Source of the DNA: Fibrobacteria bacterium
GTDB lineage: Bacteria; Fibrobacterota; Fibrobacteria; UBA11236
Length of the DNA: 26,659 bases
NCBI GenBank assembly: GCA_043732185.1
Contig: JAYTHY010000091.1
Location: forward strand, 1-26,659
Direction of reading: 5' to 3'
The notes beneath the pieces are model-generated. The model was not told where the DNA came from. It was given only the letters and a program-made list of their open reading frames with translations, and did not search any database. Positions 1 through 8,695 of the stretch are shown here, piece by piece (position 1 is the first letter of the stretch; every line of letters starts with the position of its first letter). Made by a program: the position numbers and the translations under genes.

Positions 1-66
1 AAATTTTTAGAATCCATAAAATCAACAAATCCCTTGCCTACATTGGCCTACAGAAGATTTCGGTCG

Positions 67-1302
67 CTATTTCACCCACTCGATCGCCCGAAGAGCCAAA
101 ATCAAGAATCCTATTGCCATGACCAGGGTTCCGACTACCAAAGGAAAGAACTTAGAAGTAAATGGAACGCGTACGTCTAATTTGGAAGCCGCAGGACCGG
201 ATATGGCCATGGTGGCTGGAGTGGATTTGGATTTGGCAGGAGGGGCGGTTAGGAGCTCTTGCAAAAGCGGATTATTGGGATCGCGGCGCAACGCGTCTTC
301 CAGCAAGGACACGGCCTCCCGATGTCGGCCACTTTCGCGCAATTTGAAATAGCGTTCACTGAGGCTTTGGTCATCTGGTGGTGTGGATGCGCTGTTGCGT
401 TGTGAGTCCTCGTGCCTTTCCAATTCGAGTTTTAGAACGAAAGCAGGGCTGGACTCGCCCTCCAGCAATGCCCAGGCTTTTTTAAGATCGCGAGAGACAA
501 GTTCCGCTTCCGTTCCAGATAGGGCCCCGAGCACCAGATTCCCTAGCGTTTTAGGAAGCTTGCCTATTTTCAGTGCGGGTGGAAATTCACGTGCTGCAGA
601 AATGGCTCGCAACATTTCGGCCAAATTGGAATTGCTTTCGCCGGGATCGAACAGTTGTTCTCCCGTAGCGATAAAATAAAGCAGCGAACCAAAGCTGAAT
701 AGATCCGATTTTGGTGTGCAGGTTTTCCCTTGCACATGTTCGGGAGAGAGGAAGGCTGGGGTTCCAATCACTTTGCCTGGGGCAGTGGGTGGTTTTTTTC
801 CCGCCATCCCAAAATCGAGTAGTTTGACCACGCCTGTTTTGGTTATCAGAACATTGGCTGGGGCAAGATCCAAATGCATGACGCCGTGAGAATGCGAATG
901 CATTAGGGCATCAAGGGTTTGCATGGCAATAGCCAGAATACCGCTGAGGGATAAAGGCGCGGCCGATTGGTGTAGCTCAAGTAGATTGGAGCCCTCTACA
1001 TATTCCATGCAGATGAAGGCTCGATCTTCGGTTACGCCAAAATCATAGATCCGGACGATATTGGGATGTTCAAGGCGAGCCATCAATGTGGCTTCAGAAA
1101 GGAATTCATCCGGCGTGAGGAGTGTCCCATTTTCGGTAAAGGACGGTATTTTTAGCGCGACGACTCGGCTAATCGGTTGTTGTAGGGCTTTGAAAATTAG
1201 GGATGTTCCGCCTTCACCAATGGCCTGAACGATATAGAACTTTCCAAAGGATTGACCGGGCTGTATCAATTCTGACCTGGTATTACCGCCGGTGGAAGTC
1301 AT
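67..1302 (-). CDS. Hanks-type Ser/Thr protein kinase with TPR-like segment and C-terminal transmembrane anchor
   Basis: Gly-loop IGEGGTS, VALK lysine, EF(L)SEA helix C, HPNIV, catalytic loop HLDLAPAN, DFG and GTPAFLSPE. TPR-like GRHREAVSLLEDALRRDPNN and hydrophobic FFPLVVGTLVMAIGFLILAL near the C-terminus. Confidence 0.93.
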   Translation of the reverse strand: MTSTGGNTRSELIQPGQSFGKFYIVQAIGEGGTSLIFKALQQPISRVVALKIPSFTENGTLLTPDEFLSEATLMARLEHPNIVRIYDFGVTEDRAFICMEYVEGSNLLELHQSAAPLSLSGILAIAMQTLDALMHSHSHGVMHLDLAPANVLITKTGVVKLLDFGMAGKKPPTAPGKVIGTPAFLSPEHVQGKTCTPKSDLFSFGSLLYFIATGEQLFDPGESNSNLAEMLRAISAAREFPPALKIGKLPKTLGNLVLGALSGTEAELVSRDLKKAWALLEGESSPAFVLKLELERHEDSQRNSASTPPDDQSLSERYFKLRESGRHREAVSLLEDALRRDPNNPLLQELLTAPPAKSKSTPATMAISGPAASKLDVRVPFTSKFFPLVVGTLVMAIGFLILALRAIEWVK

Positions 1303-1432
1303 GCTGGTTCGTTATCGATCGTTTTTAGTGAAAGGGCCTATTTTTTTAATATAAGGGCAGGCCAGTATTTCGACAGCCCAAACTCCCGGTTTCGAACATG
1401 GCCGAGGGAAGAATGCAACCATGGAGCCAACG

Positions 1433-2338
1433 TTAATGGCGAAATGCTGAGAATAAAGGCGCGGATTGAATGTCGGCATTATAAGAAGAGCGCACCATAG
1501 GGGCGGAAATGCACACTCGTATGCCATTGGCCAAAGCAAATACCCGGAAACTTTCGAATTCCTCCGGGGTCACATAGCGTTCCACTGGTAGGTGATCTTG
1601 GCTGGGTTGCAGGTATTGTCCCATTGTTAGGATATCTACTTTCAGTGAAGCGATATACAGAATCATTTCCTGTAGTTCCTCTGCACTTTCACCCAATCCC
1701 AACATCAAACTGGTTTTGGTCAAAAACCCCTTGGCTTTTGCCTGCCGAAGCACGGCGCTGCTATCGACTATGTTTCCTCTGCCACGTACTGGCTTTTGCA
1801 GCCGGGCCACGGTTTCAAAATTGTGATTGAGTATGTCGGGCTGTGCATCGAGAATGGTATCGATCAAATCTGCCCGGCCCTGCATATCTGGAATAAGCAC
1901 TTCGATTCGACATTTTGGATTGGCCGTGCGTACGGTTCGAATGGTGTCGGCCCAGACTTCTGCGCCTTGGTCTTTGAGATCATCCCGAGCAACCGAAGTG
2001 ATGACGGCATATTTAAGGCCCATGAGGCGAATGGACTCGGCAACCCGGCCCGGTTCGTGGCGGTCATAGCCTTCTGGTTTGCCTTTGGGAACATCACAGA
2101 ATCGGCATCCTCGAGTGCAAATATTCCCCAGGATCATAAAGGTGGCCGTGCCCTTAGCCCAGCATTCCCCCAAATTGGGGCAATGAGCGCTGTGGCAAAC
2201 CGTGTGCAAGGCGTGTTTGTCCACAACGGCTTTGACTTGGGAATAGGCTTCGCCGCCGGGGATCTTGGCTTTTAGCCAGGCCGGCTTTCCGGAAATCGGT
2301 TTACTCAAAACTGGGGTAGATGGGGTAGCAGAAGTCAT
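1433..2338 (-). CDS. lipA: Lipoyl synthase (radical SAM)
   Basis: KPAWLK N-terminus, CxxxxCxxxxxC (CHSAHCPNLGEC), CxxxCxxC (CTRGCRFC), ITSVARDDL, NHNFETV, GQYLQPS and VRSSY motifs. Confidence 0.97.
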   Translation of the reverse strand: MTSATPSTPVLSKPISGKPAWLKAKIPGGEAYSQVKAVVDKHALHTVCHSAHCPNLGECWAKGTATFMILGNICTRGCRFCDVPKGKPEGYDRHEPGRVAESIRLMGLKYAVITSVARDDLKDQGAEVWADTIRTVRTANPKCRIEVLIPDMQGRADLIDTILDAQPDILNHNFETVARLQKPVRGRGNIVDSSAVLRQAKAKGFLTKTSLMLGLGESAEELQEMILYIASLKVDILTMGQYLQPSQDHLPVERYVTPEEFESFRVFALANGIRVCISAPMVRSSYNADIQSAPLFSAFRH

Positions 2339-2390
2339 AGTGTAAAGATATTACTTTTATGGGTCACTCCCCTTGGAAAGGTTTGGCACC

Positions 2391-3500
2391 GTGACCCAAA
2401 AATATGCGGCTTTACTCTTGAGTTTTTTCGTATTGGCTCTAATGTATACAGCCCCCAGGGCGGTGGAAAAGGTGGTTTTTCAGGAGGGCGTGTTGATGGG
2501 GTACACCCTTGGGCAAAATGGCATGGGGTGGCCCGCTCCCTTCAAGGACCCCCTCAGCAATAACAATCGGGGTGGATTCTATATCTCCCAGCTCCGATTA
2601 AAAGCGACTATACCCTTTGACAGCACCTTTTCGGCGGTATTTACTGGCAATGTGATAAACCTGGATCCTCAGGAAGCTTATTTAGAGAAACGCTGGGGAA
2701 TCTACAGCCTCAAAGCCGGAAAATTTCGGGGGGCTGGCCTTAAATCAGGCAGCGGAACGGATGAATTTGCCCGCACGACTGTTAACGCACCCAGGTATGC
2801 ACGTCTTGCCGACTGGTACTTGAAAACCTTCGGCTCCCGAGATTTTGGCGTCCAAATGGAAAGGGACAGGCGGGATGGCAACTTGCAACAACGCCTCTTC
2901 ATCCACAATGCCAATCGCCAAAATGTTTTCAACGACGAACCCAGCTTTGTCGCAGGTCCCGCCACTCAGGTATTAGGCTTTGACTATGCATTGGACTGGA
3001 GAGTATCCCAATTTACGGTACTCGGCGGTCAAATCGGTGCCCTTGCGGATAAAGGATGGGATGAATTTGTCGGTCACCATGATGGCTGGGAGGCTGGGTA
3101 TTGGTTTAAATCAAATGCCATTGTTGATGGGTCCTTTTATCATCAAATGGATTTTACGCAGCTCCATATTTTGAATGAAGGCTTACTTATTTACAATCGC
3201 GATTTGCCCAGCCCTACCGATAGCACAGCGACACAAGTTTGGGGCGTCTCCACTTTGCTGCGCTTCGAACATTCACAAACGTGGGGATCTTTTTTCCGAT
3301 ACGAATTTTTGGATCCAACCGATGGTTTCTACTTAAACGATAATTTGCATATGTTCACGGTGGGTGCCATTTTCCATCCTTCCCCATTGCAGTACCCGAA
3401 TTTGAAGCTCACAAGTGAGTATGTTCGTTCGCTGGAGGAAGGCGTGCGTAACCGAATCGGGAATGATTTGTTTTATGTCCAATTGCAGATGATGTTTTAA
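2391..3500 (+). CDS. Outer-membrane beta-barrel, porin O/P-like protein
   Basis: A GTG at 2391 with GGAAAGG upstream gives a clean signal peptide (MTQKYAALLLSFFVLALMYTAPRA). Amphipathic strands (QLRLKA, EAYLE, LKAGKF, RDFGVQ, FRYEFLDP) and a C-terminal Phe strand FYVQLQMMF typical of BAM substrates. The ORF track starts at 2373. Confidence 0.7.
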   Translation: MTQKYAALLLSFFVLALMYTAPRAVEKVVFQEGVLMGYTLGQNGMGWPAPFKDPLSNNNRGGFYISQLRLKATIPFDSTFSAVFTGNVINLDPQEAYLEKRWGIYSLKAGKFRGAGLKSGSGTDEFARTTVNAPRYARLADWYLKTFGSRDFGVQMERDRRDGNLQQRLFIHNANRQNVFNDEPSFVAGPATQVLGFDYALDWRVSQFTVLGGQIGALADKGWDEFVGHHDGWEAGYWFKSNAIVDGSFYHQMDFTQLHILNEGLLIYNRDLPSPTDSTATQVWGVSTLLRFEHSQTWGSFFRYEFLDPTDGFYLNDNLHMFTVGAIFHPSPLQYPNLKLTSEYVRSLEEGVRNRIGNDLFYVQLQMMF

Positions 3501-3519
3501 ACATCCATCCTGGGATATT

Positions 3520-4410
3520 TTAAGTCTTCATCCAAGCGCGGTAGGTTCTGGCATCCAAAATACCGGTCACTCTGCCGCGGTAGACTTTACGAATTGACAG
3601 CTTATGCTGTAGCTTTTTAACCGCTTCTCCCGTTGATCCATATACGAGTCGGCTTTTCAAACCGGATGCGCCAGTCGGCTTATCTGTCAGAGCATCCATA
3701 GCCGATTCGATGGGCAGAAGCAATAAGGAAAACTTTTGCTGATTGGAAGCATAGAGCAAATCGTGGAAAATCTTCCAAGGTCCAGCATTCTTTGGCGCAT
3801 CCTCGCGTCGTGGACAGTAGGGGAGGCCTGCTACTACCAGGCATCCGGCGCTCGAAAAGCCTGCCGCAAGTCCATCCAGATTCCAACCGCAATGCAGATT
3901 GTCGTATGGGTTGCCAAAAAATAATGGGGAAGCCTTAGTAAAAGGATGCCCGCTTGGGCTTCGGCGATAGAAGCGGCTGGCGGTTTGCCGCAGGGCTTGA
4001 TGGCCGTTCCGCTTGCCTTGAAGATGTTCACCTTTGGTTAAATCCGTATAGTAGCCCGGTTCCATTTGGTTGGTGCCCTTGCCTTTGAGCCTGCCCTTGC
4101 GCGCTGCGGCTACCTCCACCTGGTTTTTATGGGGTATGGTGGACCCGGGTGCCACAAAAAGACGTTTGCCAGCGGGATCCCAAATTCCGAGGGTGCAACG
4201 CATGTGGATATGATCGACTGGAAGGGATTTAAGTTGTACGGATTTGCCCCAACTTTCCATTGCCTTGGAGGGAAGGCCGCCCCGGAAAGCAAAAAGGATA
4301 AGACCTTGATTCTTTCTATCCTGGCTTTGCATAGGCACGTGAAAGGCGCCGAAGATTTTTTCCAAAATCGCATGGGAAACGGTCAAATTGCGATCCAGTT
4401 TTTTTTTCAT
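3520..4410 (-). CDS. Putative cell-wall enzyme: L,D-transpeptidase-like His/Cys domain plus C-terminal peptidoglycan-binding domain
   Basis: NLH-x13-SAGC motif resembling YkuD Hx(14-17)[ST]xGC. C-terminal LVYGSTGEAVKKLQHKL...VTGILDARTYRA matches the PG_binding_1 pattern. ATG at 4410 (MKKKLDR) preferred over the GTG at 4440. Confidence 0.65.
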   Translation of the reverse strand: MKKKLDRNLTVSHAILEKIFGAFHVPMQSQDRKNQGLILFAFRGGLPSKAMESWGKSVQLKSLPVDHIHMRCTLGIWDPAGKRLFVAPGSTIPHKNQVEVAAARKGRLKGKGTNQMEPGYYTDLTKGEHLQGKRNGHQALRQTASRFYRRSPSGHPFTKASPLFFGNPYDNLHCGWNLDGLAAGFSSAGCLVVAGLPYCPRREDAPKNAGPWKIFHDLLYASNQQKFSLLLLPIESAMDALTDKPTGASGLKSRLVYGSTGEAVKKLQHKLSIRKVYRGRVTGILDARTYRAWMKT

Positions 4411-4571
4411 AGGCTTGGTCCGTAAAATAGTTAAAACCACGTGCCAGGTTGGAACGGGTGTTTCAGCCTATTGTCTCATTTTAATTTCGTGGTAGAGCGA
4501 GGGATTGAATACCGACCCTTTAAATTGGCGAGTGAATGCGATGGATGGCTTTTTCACCCCTTTGAAATGAA

Positions 4572-4587
4572 TGGCACAGCCGTTGCT
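4572..4587 (+). promoter_or_regulatory. Sigma54 (-24/-12) promoter of hsp20
   Basis: TGGCAC-AGCCG-TTGCT, a perfect match to TGGCAC-N5-TTGCW, ending 54 bp upstream of the ATG. SD TAAGGAG at 4624-4630. Confidence 0.85.
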
Positions 4588-4640
4588 TTCCCTATCCTCA
4601 GGAGCAATCCTGAACACATACAATAAGGAGTAACGATAGT

Positions 4641-5051
4641 ATGAACAACACGACAGTATATAATCCGCGTACTTGGTTGGATCAGTTCTTCACCGATTTT
4701 GATAAGGTCTCCAGTAACACTTCCGTTACCTTCAAACCCTCTGTGGATATTTCCGAAGAGAAAGAGGATTACGTGCTCCGGGCCGAGTTGCCGGGCGTGC
4801 TGAAAGAGAATATCAAAATTGAAGTCAAGGAAAACCGTTTGACCTTGAGCGGCAAAAAGGAAAGCGCGGTGGAGGGAGAGAAAGGCGAATACCGCTATGT
4901 GGAATCCGCTTATGGAACCTTTTCAAGATCGTTTGAATTGCCTAGAAATGTGAGCGGTGATTCGATACGGGCGGAATTCCTGAACGGCGTTTTGACTTTG
5001 AGAATTGCCAAAGCCAAGGAAGCGTTGTCTCGTTCCATCGAGATCAAGTAG
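4641..5051 (+). CDS. Hsp20/alpha-crystallin small heat shock protein
   Basis: PSVDISE, LRAELPGV, ESAYGTFSRSFELP, AEFLNGVLTLRI and a C-terminal I-x-I motif (SIEIK). Strong SD. Confidence 0.96.
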   Translation: MNNTTVYNPRTWLDQFFTDFDKVSSNTSVTFKPSVDISEEKEDYVLRAELPGVLKENIKIEVKENRLTLSGKKESAVEGEKGEYRYVESAYGTFSRSFELPRNVSGDSIRAEFLNGVLTLRIAKAKEALSRSIEIK

Positions 5052-5655
5052 GCTGAAGATAGTGGCGCTCGCCAAGGAGCGCCATAATCCGATCCACCGA
5101 TTCTTCCAAGGTTTCCTGATGGGAATACAAAGTCAGCTCTGGATGTTCCGGTGGTTCGTAAGGGGAGGAAATGCCCGTGAAAAACGGAATTTCACCCTTA
5201 CGCGCCTTGGAATAAAGTCCCTTGGAATCCCGCTGTTCACATACTTCAAGCGGTGTGGAAACAAAGATTTCTAGGAAGTCGACACCGATTAGGCTGCGGG
5301 CCGTGTCGCGTTCATGGCGGAAGGGTGAAATGAAGGAGACCAAGGTTATGACGTTGGCCTCATACAGCAATTTGGCAACATGGGCAACTCGGCGGATATT
5401 TTCTTTACGATCCACATCCGAAAAACTAAGATCCGAACACAGTCCTAGCCGGACATTGTCCCCGTCCAATAAATAGGAAAGCTTTCCCGCTTGATTCAGT
5501 CTGATTTCAAGTGCGTTGGCTACGGTTGATTTTCCGCTTCCCGACAGTCCTGTAAACCAAATAACCGCGCTTTTCTGTCCAGTGATTGAAACGCGTTGCT
5601 CACGGTTTATGGACGTCCCTTGTCTGACCAAATTTTCGCTATGCTTATCGGACAT
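5044..5655 (-). CDS. cysC: Adenylyl-sulfate (APS) kinase
   Basis: IWFTGLSGSGKST P-loop, LLDGDNVR, DRKENIRR, SFISP, RDSKGLY and FTGISSPYEPP. Confidence 0.97.
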   Translation of the reverse strand: MSDKHSENLVRQGTSINREQRVSITGQKSAVIWFTGLSGSGKSTVANALEIRLNQAGKLSYLLDGDNVRLGLCSDLSFSDVDRKENIRRVAHVAKLLYEANVITLVSFISPFRHERDTARSLIGVDFLEIFVSTPLEVCEQRDSKGLYSKARKGEIPFFTGISSPYEPPEHPELTLYSHQETLEESVDRIMALLGERHYLQPT

Positions 5656-5671
5656 ATTTGCAATATATATT

Positions 5672-7501
5672 CTAGACGGCGCCCTGGGCTTTTAATCGCG
5701 CAATGGCTTCGGAAACAATACCCATCAGGGCCCCGGAAGCTTCTTCGGCATCTGCCGGTGACTCCAACTGAATTAAAGTATGAGGTGTGATCAATGATTC
5801 AAGGGTTTTTACATCTTGGGAGTCGAGGCCTTTTGCGGACGCAACGACTAAAAATCCAGCATCCAACAGCCACGATGCTGCTTCGCCCAATTGGGATACC
5901 GGGAGCGGTTGGCCCCAAGCTGACTTTGCCGAGGTGGCGGTGGATGAATCCAATGGTCCATTTTCTTCTAGGCCGATAAAATAGGCCTGCTTGCCCATCT
6001 CTATGAGTTTATTTTCCAGTGCCTGGGCGGCTTTGGCGGCATCGCGACCCGGACCTCCTGAGAACAGAATTAAGGCGGCTTTTTGCTTCAAGTGCTTGGC
6101 CCGGACATCCGCGGATATAGTGGATCGAAGGAGCGTAGTATCTTTTTTCAGCGATGCGCCATCGGCGTCTTCTGCATCCGGCAAGCTATCGCGAATGATC
6201 CCGCCTCCGGCTATTTCATATCGGTCTACGATGACGAACCGACCGGTGGCTTCGAGTCTGGCAATTGGATCAAAGGCTAAGGGTTTAGAGAGTTCGATAA
6301 TACAATCGGCCACATCATGGCGCTCAACGGCAGATTTGGTTTCCTGTCCGGTAGTTTCTGAGGCATCGATGAGGTAGTTGATTTTTTCCAAGCGACAAGG
6401 AATTTTAGCGGTGCCTAACTTTAGATGGTAGGTTTTTCCGGTGGCGAAAGGTTGTTTTCCCATCCAAAACAAATTGATGCGCAAGCGTCGCGAGACTTCG
6501 GCCTGTACCTCCTCGGCTTTAACCATCAATTCGCCGCGACCCACATAGATTTGTTCGGCTAGGGTGAAGCCCGTAGACACACCGGCATCTACGGTTGTGC
6601 GGGGCTGCGCGTGGAAGCCTTGGATGGATTCAATCGTACTCCGTTTCCCGGAAGGCAGGAAGAGGACCTGTTCGCCAACTTTGGCGGAACCACTTTCCAC
6701 TCGGCCGGATACGATGCGGCGTTCATCGCCGAGCGAAGTGAATTTATAGACATCCTGCACAGGCATGCGAAAGGGCTGATTGGCTTTGGGTGGTTCTTTC
6801 GCGAATGCGTCGATGGCGCTAAGCAAGCTGTGGCCCTTATACCATGGCATTTTATGGGAGGCTTCGATAAGGTTCTCGCCGTTGAAAGCGGAGATGGGAA
6901 GAAAAAAGCGGGGCGTGGCACCGATACGGGCGAGGAAGGCAATGTATTCGTCGCGAATGTCTTCGAAGGCGTTGCGGGAATAATCCACCAAGTCCATCTT
7001 ATTGACAGCAACGGCGATTTGACGAATGCCGAGCATGGAAAGCAAGTACCCGTGACGCTTGCTGTTTTCGCGAATGCCTTCCTTTGCATCGATGACCAGC
7101 ACGGCAGCCTCGGCGCGGGCGGCGCCCGTGACCATGTTTTTCAAAAACTCAATGTGTCCGGGAGCGTCGATGATGATGTAGTCGCGTTGGCCGGATTTAA
7201 AGAAAGTGCGTGCGGTATCGATGGTGATACCTTGCGCTTGTTCATCCTTAAGCGCATCCATCAGAAATGCGTATTCGAAAGGTTTGGAATTTTTAAGACA
7301 ATAGTTCCGCACCGATTCCAATTTGCCGTCCGGTAGCGAACCAGTATCCGCCAAGAGGCGGCCTACCACCGTGCTCTTGCCATGATCCACATGGCCTACG
7401 ATTACGATGTTCATTCGGATACGGCCTTCCACCCGGTCCTGCAAATGGGACAAGGGGTCCGGCGGAGTTAAAAAAGCGGGGGCATTGGAAGCAGCAGGCA
7501 T
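5672..7501 (-). CDS. cysN: Sulfate adenylyltransferase GTPase subunit with degenerate C-terminal APS-kinase-like domain
   Basis: [35 protein letters not shown] and TGRFVIVD; lies between cysD and cysC. Confidence 0.93.
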   Translation of the reverse strand: MPAASNAPAFLTPPDPLSHLQDRVEGRIRMNIVIVGHVDHGKSTVVGRLLADTGSLPDGKLESVRNYCLKNSKPFEYAFLMDALKDEQAQGITIDTARTFFKSGQRDYIIIDAPGHIEFLKNMVTGAARAEAAVLVIDAKEGIRENSKRHGYLLSMLGIRQIAVAVNKMDLVDYSRNAFEDIRDEYIAFLARIGATPRFFLPISAFNGENLIEASHKMPWYKGHSLLSAIDAFAKEPPKANQPFRMPVQDVYKFTSLGDERRIVSGRVESGSAKVGEQVLFLPSGKRSTIESIQGFHAQPRTTVDAGVSTGFTLAEQIYVGRGELMVKAEEVQAEVSRRLRINLFWMGKQPFATGKTYHLKLGTAKIPCRLEKINYLIDASETTGQETKSAVERHDVADCIIELSKPLAFDPIARLEATGRFVIVDRYEIAGGGIIRDSLPDAEDADGASLKKDTTLLRSTISADVRAKHLKQKAALILFSGGPGRDAAKAAQALENKLIEMGKQAYFIGLEENGPLDSSTATSAKSAWGQPLPVSQLGEAASWLLDAGFLVVASAKGLDSQDVKTLESLITPHTLIQLESPADAEEASGALMGIVSEAIARLKAQGAV

Positions 7502-7513
7502 GGCAGATTTCCT

Positions 7514-8401
7514 TTACATGTATCCGTCGCGGCGCAAAGTCTCTAGACCGCCGCCGTCTTCTTTGTCTTGGGCACGACCGGAACGTTCGGCAATATTCGT
7601 GAATTTTCCAGTTTTTAATTCCTGGACGATTTCAGAGACATTGCGGGAAGTCGATTCCACTGGCGTCGTACAGGGGTAACATCCCAGTGACCGGTACCGT
7701 TTTCCTGTGCCCTTGTCGAAATAAAGATCGATAATCGGGATGTTTTCGCGCTGTATGTATTCCCAGATATTCAATTCCGTCCAGTCCAGTAAAGGGTGGA
7801 TGCGGATATGCGTGCCGGGCGCAAAGTCGGTTTTGAACTGATTCCAAAGTTCCGGGGGTTGATCCCCTACATCCCATTCGTTGTTTTTGTCACGAGGGGA
7901 AAAGTAGCGTTCCTTGGAGCGAGACCCTTCTTCATCCGCTCTAGCCCCTACAATCACTCCCGTATACGGTTCGCGATTTTTGTCTACTTCGTATTTGCCG
8001 CTTTGCAGGTTGAGTCGAAAGCGCGGCCATTCGCCGGACAGGGTATTTTTTAGCGCGTCGGTTTTAAGACTTTTGCAGCATTGCAGCCGCGATATTTTAC
8101 CAGATGGAAACGTCTCTTCTTTAGCCAGGGCTTCGGTATTCTGACCATATATCATGGTTAGGTTCCAATCCATGGCCAATTTATCGCGGTAGGTTATCAT
8201 CTCGGGCACTTTGAAAGACGTATCGATATGCACTAGGCTGATGGGAACATGGCCAAAAAACGCCTTGCGGGCGAGCCAGAGCAAGACAGTACTGTCTTTT
8301 CCAATGGACCAAAGCATGGCCAGGCTCTTGAAATTGGCGTAGGCCTCCCTCAAAATGTAAACGCTCTGGTTTTCCAACTGGTCTAAGTGATCTTGTTCCA
8401 T
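7514..8401 (-). CDS. cysD: Sulfate adenylyltransferase subunit 2
   Basis: [24 protein letters not shown]-loop, [32 protein letters not shown] and a C-terminal LRRDGYM. Confidence 0.97.
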   Translation of the reverse strand: MEQDHLDQLENQSVYILREAYANFKSLAMLWSIGKDSTVLLWLARKAFFGHVPISLVHIDTSFKVPEMITYRDKLAMDWNLTMIYGQNTEALAKEETFPSGKISRLQCCKSLKTDALKNTLSGEWPRFRLNLQSGKYEVDKNREPYTGVIVGARADEEGSRSKERYFSPRDKNNEWDVGDQPPELWNQFKTDFAPGTHIRIHPLLDWTELNIWEYIQRENIPIIDLYFDKGTGKRYRSLGCYPCTTPVESTSRNVSEIVQELKTGKFTNIAERSGRAQDKEDGGGLETLRRDGYM

Positions 8402-8548
8402 AATGTCTTTCCGAATAAGTCGACTAAGATTAACATATTATTTTAGTAAGTTAAAGGCCTGGGTGTTCTATGCTGCCAAACCTCATTAATTTAGCTAAAA
8501 TCGCTATAAAATCGCTTTGCCTATTAATCCCATAGGAAAAACAGGGTT

Positions 8549-8573
8549 TTATCCTACTAGTTTACTGGGTTAA
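8549..8573. promoter_or_regulatory. Candidate Rrf2-family (CymR/IscR-like) operator upstream of cysDNC
   Basis: 25-bp imperfect palindrome TTATCCTACTAGTTTACTGGGTTAA (8 of 12 pairs). Related sites at 8525-8550 and 8416-8440. Confidence 0.55.
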
Positions 8574-8695
8574 TAACTGGAGTCAGCCAAGGCCTTTTGG
8601 CCCTTGCGTCAGGTCTTGATTTTTGGGCCAGAACCGCCTTACTTCTGTTCGTGGAAAATCCTAATTTTCAAATCTAAAATACGAGGTAAAGTAGC

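Noticed and set aside
1..17. Possible start of a downstream minus-strand gene (ATG at 17, MDSKN) with AAGGGA upstream
   Set aside because: Only 5 codons are visible, so it cannot be supported.
2384..2399. TGGCAC near the porin start
   Set aside because: No TTGC at the required spacing, and it overlaps the start codon.
4431..4446. Minus-strand TGGCAC-GTGGT-TTTAA, a possible sigma54 promoter for the PG-binding gene
   Set aside because: The -24 box is perfect but the -12 lacks the essential GC.
6611..7336. 241-aa plus-strand ORF
   Set aside because: Antisense shadow of cysN with no recognisable motifs.
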